Source of the DNA: Anaerolineae bacterium
Lineage (GTDB): Bacteria; Chloroflexota; Anaerolineae; J102
Length of the DNA: 64,000 nucleotides
Direction: 5' to 3'
NCBI GenBank assembly: GCA_026991225.1
Contig: JALXCB010000112.1
Coordinates: 1,917 to 65,916 of the forward strand
Below the pieces are notes generated by a model, which had not been told where the DNA came from, made no database searches, and saw only the letters and a program-made list of their open reading frames with translations. Made by a program: the position numbers and the translations under genes. Every line of letters begins with the position of its first letter. The first letter of the stretch is position 1. Below, one piece after another: positions 25,708-32,448 of the stretch.

Positions 25708-27672
25708 ATGTCAACTCAATTCCATTCCAACCGGGTGTCGTTGGGGGCGCCGCGCGTCTTGTTCGCAATCCTCTTGCTTTTCATCGCAGGATTGTTTCTA
25801 GTCGCGAGCCTCTCGTTTGCCAGCGGATCGGGAGACGCCCCCAAATCCATTCTGGGGCCCGAAGCCATTGAAGCCAACGCCGAAGCATCTCTAGGCGTCT
25901 ACGTCGACAATTATCAGCCAGACGCCAGCCAGGCCCGGCAGAACATGATCGATGCAGGCGCGCTATGGACCCGGGTCGTGATTGACTGGGACCAGGTGGA
26001 GCCCACCCAGGGGGCTGCCTATGACTGGAGCTACTATGATACGGTGATCAACGATGTGATCCAGGACGGCTTCTCGCCTTCGCACATCATCATTTCCTTG
26101 CAAACCTATCCAAGTTGGTCCTGGGCGCCGAATGGTCACTCCTGTGGCCCCGTTCATCCCGATTACTTCGATGACTTTGCGAACTTCGCGGCTGCGGCAG
26201 TGGATCGCTATTTCAACGCCCACGGCATCATCTATTACGAACTGGGCAACGAACCCGACAATCAAGACCCCGTAAACTACGAATGGTTGGGCGGTTGTTG
26301 GGGCAATGGGCCGGACCAAACTGCGAATCCAGCTTATGCCGGCGGGGATGATTATGCAGATTTCATGGGAGCCGCATATAACCCCATGAAAAACGTTGAT
26401 CCCAGTATCGTGGTCACCATGGGGGGGTTGGCTTATGACAACTTCTGGAATAAAAACGGTCAGTTCCCGGAAGATGGCCCCATCGATCCCGACTTTCTTG
26501 ACAACTTCCTGGGCAACGGTGGCGGGAATTACGTGGATATCATTAACTTCCATTACTTCGATGACTGGTCGTTCCGATGGGGCACCATCATCGGCAAAGC
26601 GCAATGGTTGCAAAAGGAATTCGATGGTCCGCAGGGACCATGGCGGCCGGTGATGGTTACGGAATTCGGCGTCGCCAGCCAGGATCCCACATCGGGCCCG
26701 GGCAACGATCCCCACACGCCTAACCTGTCTCCCGATGCCCAAGTATCCCCGTTTGTGACGGCCAATGGCGATTACTGGTCCGATCTCTCTGCCATGCTGG
26801 CTGCGAATAGCCCGACAGCGTCGCCCCATACTGAGGAATACCAGGCGCGATATGTGATCAAGGGCTTTACTCGCGGCATGTCCTATCAAGACAACAACAC
26901 GGATTATCAAATCATCCCCATGCTCTGGTTCCAGGCGGTCGACCGTCCTGACAAAACCGGGGGATACTACTATGGCTTGATGGATAGCAACCTGACCCCC
27001 AAACCATCCTACAACGCCTACAACACCCTGGCCACCGAATTGACCGGTCGGGCTTTCTTCCAGAATCACAACTTTATCACAGGCGATACAGCCGCCGAGG
27101 GATATGATTTCTCCGGGGGCGGTGAGGAACGCTGGGTGGTCTGGCGGAATGAGGACGCCACTGTGAGCCACGACTTCGACGTCAATGGCAATGGCAACGC
27201 CCTCCGCGTGGTGGAAAAAGATGGCGCAGAAACCATTGTCGTCGATGGTTCTTCCGACGATTTGGATGGCGCAGAAAATGGCATCGTTCGGATCGGACTT
27301 GGCCCCAGTCCCCTTATCCTCCAACCCCTGGTCTGCAATGCGGTCAGCGCCATCACCGATCTGAAATCCACAATCCCCACCGACGTCACCGATGTCGAAC
27401 TTCAATGGACCTCGGTGGCCAATGCCGAGAATTACGATATCTGGCGAGATGACGCCGAACCCTACTTCATGCCCGACACCAGCACCGCGGGTGGGACCTA
27501 CTATTACGACACCACCGATAGCCCGCCCTACACCGATGACGGCGCGCTCAGCTATCCACCTCGCAATCAGCACTTCTACCTGGTCACCGGGCGCAATGTC
27601 TGTCTCCAGGCGGGTGATATCTCCAACCGCGTAGGCGCCTTCCAGTTCGATCTCGTACCAGGCACGCCTTGA
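25708..27672 (+). CDS. secreted clan GH-A glycoside hydrolase-like protein with C-terminal Fn3-like extension
   Basis: 654 aa, with GGAGGG 6 nt upstream. Signal/TM VLFAILLLFIAGLFLVASLSFA. YELGNEPDN and VTEFG motifs. Paralog of 274-1701. Confidence 0.8.
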   Translation: MSTQFHSNRVSLGAPRVLFAILLLFIAGLFLVASLSFASGSGDAPKSILGPEAIEANAEASLGVYVDNYQPDASQARQNMIDAGALWTRVVIDWDQVEPTQGAAYDWSYYDTVINDVIQDGFSPSHIIISLQTYPSWSWAPNGHSCGPVHPDYFDDFANFAAAAVDRYFNAHGIIYYELGNEPDNQDPVNYEWLGGCWGNGPDQTANPAYAGGDDYADFMGAAYNPMKNVDPSIVVTMGGLAYDNFWNKNGQFPEDGPIDPDFLDNFLGNGGGNYVDIINFHYFDDWSFRWGTIIGKAQWLQKEFDGPQGPWRPVMVTEFGVASQDPTSGPGNDPHTPNLSPDAQVSPFVTANGDYWSDLSAMLAANSPTASPHTEEYQARYVIKGFTRGMSYQDNNTDYQIIPMLWFQAVDRPDKTGGYYYGLMDSNLTPKPSYNAYNTLATELTGRAFFQNHNFITGDTAAEGYDFSGGGEERWVVWRNEDATVSHDFDVNGNGNALRVVEKDGAETIVVDGSSDDLDGAENGIVRIGLGPSPLILQPLVCNAVSAITDLKSTIPTDVTDVELQWTSVANAENYDIWRDDAEPYFMPDTSTAGGTYYYDTTDSPPYTDDGALSYPPRNQHFYLVTGRNVCLQAGDISNRVGAFQFDLVPGTP

Positions 27673-27698
27673 TCGCCCCCTAACCTGATTCTGTGAGG

Positions 27699-27733
27699 AC
27701 GCGTGGCCGAGATAAGGGAGCTCGGCCACGCGT
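27699..27733 (+). terminator. perfect 13-bp stem hairpin downstream of the GH gene
   Basis: ACGCGTGGCCGAG-ataagggag-CTCGGCCACGCGT. The T-tract is weak, so terminator function is uncertain. Confidence 0.4.
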
Positions 27734-27760
27734 TATGCGTCTTTCAGGAAGCATCTTCCC

Positions 27761-28201
27761 ATGATTCTATCTCGCTTCAAACAAAGCCTGATTCTTTTGG
27801 CCATTGGCGTTCTGGTCTTGCAACTCATGTTGTTCGGTGGCGGAGTTGCGGATGGGATGATCGCGGCGTCAGGAGAAAGCGGCGCTTCTCAGCCGGCCAT
27901 GCCTTTACCGCCCCCGACCTCTCCGCCCTCGGGCACGCCCACCCTGACTCCCACTTTCACGCCGACGCCTGAGCCGACTGACACGCCCGTTCCAACGGAC
28001 ACCCCCACGCCCCAACCCACCAACACGCCCATCCCCACGGACACGTCTACGCCTCAACCCACCAACACGCCACGCCCCAGTCCCACCCCAACGCCCACCA
28101 ATACGCCCACGCCCACCCCAACGTCTACGGCGACGCCCACGCCTACACCAACGCCTACTCCAACACCTTATTTGTATTATTTCCCGTTGATATACTTCTG
28201 A
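27761..28201 (+). CDS. small secreted Thr/Pro-rich (mucin-like) protein
   Basis: 146 aa. N-terminal TM/signal [19 protein letters not shown], ~90 aa of (T/P)-rich repeats, and a hydrophobic tail [10 protein letters not shown]. Confidence 0.6.
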   Translation: MILSRFKQSLILLAIGVLVLQLMLFGGGVADGMIAASGESGASQPAMPLPPPTSPPSGTPTLTPTFTPTPEPTDTPVPTDTPTPQPTNTPIPTDTSTPQPTNTPRPSPTPTPTNTPTPTPTSTATPTPTPTPTPTPYLYYFPLIYF

Positions 28202-28254
28202 CCGACTGACTCTTAGTCAGCGGGTTCGGGGTTCGAGTCCCTGGCGGGTCACCA
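28201..28254 (+). other. tRNA-Lys(CUU)-like 3' fragment (anticodon arm, T arm, 3' acceptor, CCA); likely att remnant
   Basis: ACTGA-CTCTTAG-TCAGC anticodon arm (CTT), CGGGG-TTCGAGT-CCCTG T arm, GCGGGTC-A-CCA. No D arm and no matching 5' acceptor strand upstream. Confidence 0.65.
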
Positions 28255-28255
28255 G

Positions 28256-28292
28256 AAAGCCCTCGGAGGCGCCTCCGGGGGCTTTTTCTTTT
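28256..28292 (+). terminator. rho-independent terminator-like hairpin
   Basis: AAAGCCCTCGGAGG-cg-CCTCCGGGGGCTTT followed by TTTTTCTTTT. Confidence 0.65.
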
Positions 28293-28513
28293 GGGTGTGT
28301 CCTTTTTCGGTTGAGGAGTCTCACCGCAGTACTCGCCGACTGAAGTCGGACTCTTCTGGCCTACGGCCGGTGGACGGCCTCCGCCGTCCAGTTTTCCGGT
28401 CGACGAAGGTCGACCATCGGCGCCATCGCATCCTCCTGCCTTATCTCTTCTCCCGCCCGTCTCGAAGCGGGGGAGGAAGCAAAGGAGGGGGCTTGCGCCT
28501 AAAGGGCCTGAGT

Positions 28514-28978
28514 TCACTCGGAAAATGTCTGCCAATAATCTGGGACGCACTCCTGTTCCGGGCTGATGCTCCTCCGCGGCCCGAAGCCGGGGATGGGCCA
28601 GGGGATCACGTAGAAGTCGCCCTGGTGCAGCCAGACCACCAGCGACAGACCCCCCAGGGCCGCGTGTTCGTCCAGGGCCTCGCGCTGATGCGGCTAGAAG
28701 TCGCTCCAGCGCAGGTTGCGATCCCGTTCCTTGACTTCTACCAACACGCTGCGCCCGCCAGGGGCCACGGCGCGAATGTCCCCGCTCACCTTTTCCAGGG
28801 GATAGGCCCGGATAATGCGGCCATGCCGGTCACACACCACCCGCCAGCCGGTCTGGATGGGCTCTACCATGCGGAAGCCCAACGCGCGAAGCTGCGCGGC
28901 CGCGGCTTCCTCGCTGCTGTACCCGGCCTTGCGGTTGCGGCGGTTGGTGATACTTCGATAGGGAAGACTTACGGCCAT
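28514..28978 (-). pseudogene. PD-(D/E)xK (VRR-NUC-like) nuclease gene interrupted by an in-frame TAG
   Basis: ATG 28978 gives MAVSLPYRS...SGDIRAVAPGGRSVLVEVKERDRNLRWSDF, then TAG at 28694-28696. The same frame continues PHQREALDEHAALGGLSLVVWLHQGDFYVIPWP to TGA 28514-28516. The D...EVK...Q pattern fits a VRR-NUC-type fold. Confidence 0.5.
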
Positions 28979-28988
28979 AGAAATAGTT

Positions 28989-29717
28989 TCACTGTTGTTG
29001 AGAAGGGGATTGATTTTGGGCCGCAAAACGTTCTTCGTAAGTCTCCAAGATAAACAAGCCAATGGTGGTTAATGCATTTACTGCTAGTCTGGCATGCCTG
29101 CTCTCAAGCCGATATTGCTTGCCACTGGTTCCTTTTCCATGGCAGCTACTATATTTCGTTCTCATGGCTCCTAATCCAGCGCCTACATTGATCAAACCTC
29201 CTAGGACCCTTTTAATGTCTTCATCAGCGTATCCATTAGGTGATAACTTCATTTTTTGAAAAACTGCTTTTTGAAGTGACTGAACGTCTTGTTTGGATGG
29301 ATACGACTCCCCAAAAGCGTCAAGGATCGCTTTGTAAATGCTTTCAAGTGTTGTACAAGCCAGACAGATTGCATTGTCAGGGCGAGTTTCTATGTCTGCA
29401 AGGGCCTGTTCAAAATCCCTTTTTGCAAAATAATAAGCGCTTCCATCCAACAAAGTCTGAAGGGTATAGACAGATTTAATTGTCCCCCTGTATGGAATTT
29501 CCAAACCCAAATCATCCGCTATGCGGAGAATAGTTGAGTTATCCGCATCTTGCAAAAGCTCTTCCACGTAAACACGTTTACTGTCAACTCGTGAGGCTTT
29601 TCCTTGAATTTTGTAATTGGCAAGAAATTGATTTATCTGTCTTGTAGTCATTTCCTGCTGAAGCTTCAATGCAATTTCATGAACTAAGTTCATTCTTTGA
29701 TATCCATCCAGTATCAT
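28989..29717 (-). CDS. Abi_C-domain (abortive-infection C-terminal domain)-like protein
   Basis: 242 aa in a markedly AT-rich segment. The C-terminus GAGLGAMRTKYSSCHGKG...ESRHARLAVNALTTIGLFILE resembles the Abi_C signature as I recall it. Confidence 0.6.
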   Translation of the reverse strand: MILDGYQRMNLVHEIALKLQQEMTTRQINQFLANYKIQGKASRVDSKRVYVEELLQDADNSTILRIADDLGLEIPYRGTIKSVYTLQTLLDGSAYYFAKRDFEQALADIETRPDNAICLACTTLESIYKAILDAFGESYPSKQDVQSLQKAVFQKMKLSPNGYADEDIKRVLGGLINVGAGLGAMRTKYSSCHGKGTSGKQYRLESRHARLAVNALTTIGLFILETYEERFAAQNQSPSQQQ

Positions 29718-29729
29718 AAATTCCCTCCT

Positions 29730-30524
29730 TCATGTGAGACCGTTCACCGCCCGCAGCAGGTCCTCCCGGCTGGGGCGGGTGTAAATGGCCAGGGTGTTCA
29801 GGCTCTCATGGCCCATGTGCGCGGCCACTACGGTCAGGGGCTCGCCCGCGTCGATGAGGTTCTTGGCGAAGGTGTGGCGCAGGGTGTGAGGCGTCAGACT
29901 CTCAATGCCCGCCAGCCGCCCGTACTTGGTCACGATGCGGTAGATGCCCGGCCCCGACAGGGGCCCTCGCTGGCCCAGAAAGAGGTGCGGATCATCGGCA
30001 TAGGGATGCCGTTCACGAGCTTCCAGCCATGCGGCCAGGGCCTTGCGCGCGTCCAGCGACAGAGGCACTTCCCGCGCCTTGCCCCCCTTGCCGTAGCGCA
30101 CCTGCACCCAGCCGCTGCAGGCGTTGAGGGTCACGTCGTCCAGGCCCAGGCGGATGATCGCCATGTCCCGCACCCGGTCTTTCTTGCCGTATTCCCGCAC
30201 GGCCCGCAGCAGGCGGCGCTGCTCCTTCTCGGTCAGCCATTTGGGCGCGGCCTGCTTCTGCGCCTTCACGCCCACCCGCAGGCCCTCGAATGGACTTTCG
30301 TCGATCAACCCCTTGCGCACGGCCCATTTGTAGAAGCGGCGCATGGCGTTGAGGCGGCGGTTGATGGTAGCGGGCTTCAGGCCCTGGCGCACCATGGTGC
30401 CCTGGTAGTCGCGGATGTCCCGCGGATCCGCGGCGGTCAGGGCCTGGCCGCCTGTGGTCTGGTCATACCATTTTGCCCAGGCCCGCAGGTCGGCGCCGTA
30501 AGCGCGCACCATGTTAGGACTCAC
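29730..30524 (-). CDS. tyrosine recombinase/integrase (XerC/D-like), N-terminus possibly truncated
   Basis: HTLRHTFAKNL, HMGHESLNTLAIYTRP and an ARKALAAWL core. The frame stays open upstream (..IPDPIPTFFNDLEAEG-V) with no ATG/GTG/TTG, running into vapC. This suggests a lost native start. Confidence 0.8.
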   Translation of the reverse strand: MSPNMVRAYGADLRAWAKWYDQTTGGQALTAADPRDIRDYQGTMVRQGLKPATINRRLNAMRRFYKWAVRKGLIDESPFEGLRVGVKAQKQAAPKWLTEKEQRRLLRAVREYGKKDRVRDMAIIRLGLDDVTLNACSGWVQVRYGKGGKAREVPLSLDARKALAAWLEARERHPYADDPHLFLGQRGPLSGPGIYRIVTKYGRLAGIESLTPHTLRHTFAKNLIDAGEPLTVVAAHMGHESLNTLAIYTRPSREDLLRAVNGLT

Positions 30525-30574
30525 GCCCTCGGCTTCTAAGTCGTTGAAGAAGGTGGGAATAGGGTCGGGTATGG

Positions 30575-30982
30575 CTACGGTTCCACGCGAGTTATCTGGG
30601 GAAAGCGGTCGAAGTCCCGGTCGTAGCTGATGATTTCGTCGATGCCCATTTGCTCCATGTGGGCCACAGCCAGGGCGTCTTCAAAATCCACGTTATGGCT
30701 TTCATACAGTTCCAGCGCCCGCAACACCACCGATCGCTTGGGCAACCGCAGGCCGGGCAAGGTGAGCAAAGGCATCAGCCGATTGCGTACATCCTGGCGT
30801 GAAAGATTGTATAAACGCGGGGAAGAAAGCACATAGACGATCTCGGCGATGATGGTTTCGGTTGTAAACAGCGTCACCTCGCCCCTCTCCGCTTGCTGGA
30901 AGAGTAACAGACACGCCTGCGCTTTCTCAGGATCATCTCGGGTAAGATAACGCAGGAAAATGTTGGCGTCCACGAATTGCAT
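30575..30982 (-). CDS. vapC: PIN-domain toxin VapC
   Basis: MQFVDANIFLRYL...TTETIIAEIVY...SYDRDFDRF (PIN acidic residues). An alternative ATG at 30997 overlaps the antitoxin gene. Confidence 0.85.
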   Translation of the reverse strand: MQFVDANIFLRYLTRDDPEKAQACLLLFQQAERGEVTLFTTETIIAEIVYVLSSPRLYNLSRQDVRNRLMPLLTLPGLRLPKRSVVLRALELYESHNVDFEDALAVAHMEQMGIDEIISYDRDFDRFPQITRVEP

Positions 30983-30986
30983 TGCC

Positions 30987-31256
30987 TTACTCCTCATCCA
31001 TCTCGTCTAAGACTTTCTCGGCGTGCTCTTCCCATGCGGCTTGGCCCTGGGCCTCGAAATCCTCGGGACGGTTCAGAGGCGGCACTGAGCCAAAGGCTTC
31101 TTCCAGACTCATAGGCGCACGATCCAGTTCGACCCGGTCCTCGCGGATGCGAAAGACGATGGTCTCACCGGGCTTGACGCCCAACTTGCGGCGCACATCA
31201 GCGGGCACAGTGACCTGCCCCTTGCTGGTGATACGACGGATGTGTTCCTTGAGCAT
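30987..31256 (-). CDS. AbrB/MazE/SpoVT-family antitoxin (VapB-like)
   Basis: ATG 31256 gives MLKEHIRRITSKGQVTVPADVRRKLGVKPGETIVF (swapped-hairpin barrel motif), with an acidic C-terminal tail. Confidence 0.85.
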   Translation of the reverse strand: MLKEHIRRITSKGQVTVPADVRRKLGVKPGETIVFRIREDRVELDRAPMSLEEAFGSVPPLNRPEDFEAQGQAAWEEHAEKVLDEMDEE

Positions 31257-31461
31257 GATATTGTCCTTCCTCTTGAAAAGTGCAAGGAAATTATTTGAGG
31301 TAATTCTATCATGATTCACATTTCCTTTCAACTCAAACGTCTGCCACCTCTCGTCACTTTGAAGTTCTTTTATTATGTTATCTTGTGAGTTTTTCGGGCC
31401 TTAGTACAGCTTTTCGTAAATAAGTTCCGAGTTTTGGTATACTTGGGCAAGGAGGTGAACA

Positions 31462-31605
31462 ATGCGAGGTCCCAAGCCTAAGTATCCAATACAATTAACA
31501 ATTGAAGAAGAGCAAGCGCTTCAACGGTTGGTGCGAGCCCGAACCACCCCCCAAGGCAAGGTGCGGCGAGCTCGTATTATCCTTTTAGCGAATGCGCATC
31601 CAGAG
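31462..31605 (+). pseudogene. IS630-family transposase N-terminal (HTH) fragment, cut by a MITE insertion
   Basis: [48 protein letters not shown] matches typical IS630 N-termini. The frame then runs straight into the MITE terminus GTAACTACTAACG at 31606. Confidence 0.7.
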
Positions 31606-31758
31606 GTAACTACTAACGTACTCGATTTCAGGCCTCGAAAAGCCACGAAGGCTCGAAGTTTTTCGAAGACACGAAGGAAAAATCAAGGAAAAACTTCGTG
31701 CCTTCGTTTTTCTTCGTATCTTCGTGGCAAAAAGCGGTGGCGAGACCTTAGTAGTTAC
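31606..31758. mobile_element. MITE, type 2 (inserted in the IS630 fragment)
   Basis: GTAACTACTAACG...CCTTAGTAGTTAC. The interior matches 31786, 24878 and (inverted) 8880 and 55553. No matching TSD. Confidence 0.8.
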
Positions 31759-31785
31759 GGTGATTCAATGAATTGCCCCTGTTTT

Positions 31786-31931
31786 GTAACTGCTAACGTA
31801 CTTGACTTTAGGCCGCCGAAAGCCACGAAGGCTCGAAGTTTTTCGAAGACACGAAGGAAAAATCAAGGAAAATACGTCGTGCCTTGGCTTTTCTTCGTGG
31901 CAAAAAATGGTGGCGATACCTTAGCAGTTAC
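31786..31931. mobile_element. MITE, type 2, with 8-bp TSD CCTGTTTT
   Basis: GTAACTGCTAACG...CCTTAGCAGTTAC. CCTGTTTT occurs at 31778-31785 and 31932-31939. Confidence 0.85.
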
Positions 31932-32172
31932 CCTGTTTTTGCGTCTCTTGTGTTTTGTGGTGGATTAAGGATGAAGAGCAAGCGTATGGGAATGCGTGGT
32001 TTTGTCGTCTTATTGAGTGAGGATGTTTGATAATTTTACGAAGATTGCCGATTTGTTGAATTGTTATTCTTGGGCGATAATTAGCTGGCAATCTTTTTGC
32101 CTCTTGCATGGACAAAACAAAAATTTTCTGCTTTTTACATGCTAACAACTTGAATTCTCCGGAGGCGTTTTC

Positions 32173-32448
32173 ATGCCCGAATTCCAAAAGCTCTCCCGCG
32201 AAGAGGTCAATAAAATTTTAATGGCAAAAGAAAAAGGTCACGGTCTTTCACAACGCGAATTGATTCTCCGAGCCTATATGGAACAATTGAAGGGCCTGGA
32301 GGTGGGGGAAGGGCTGGAGATCAAGCTGGATAAGTCGGAGAACCGGCAAACGGTGAAGAACCGGCTGCTGCGCGCGGCGGATCGACTGGGCATCGAGATC
32401 GAATTCATCCGCTCGCGCAACGTCATCCGGCTGCGCCGTACGAAATAG
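32173..32448 (+). CDS. hypothetical small basic protein
   Basis: 91 aa, with GGAGG 7 nt upstream of the ATG. Lies at the edge of the AT-rich island. No recognisable motif. Confidence 0.5.
   Translation: MPEFQKLSREEVNKILMAKEKGHGLSQRELILRAYMEQLKGLEVGEGLEIKLDKSENRQTVKNRLLRAADRLGIEIEFIRSRNVIRLRRTK

Noticed and set aside
28201-28254. A functional tRNA gene.
   Set aside because: Only the anticodon arm, T arm and 3' acceptor/CCA are present. There is no D arm and no complementary 5' acceptor strand upstream, so it is treated as an att-type fragment.
28295-29053. 252-aa plus-strand ORF.
   Set aside because: It spans repeat modules and is antisense to the nuclease pseudogene and the end of the Abi-like gene. 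It has no motifs.
31462-31968. Intact 168-aa protein as given in the ORF track.
   Set aside because: Only the first 48 codons resemble a transposase. The remainder is a read-through of two MITE copies (the [18 protein letters not shown] segment is repeated twice).
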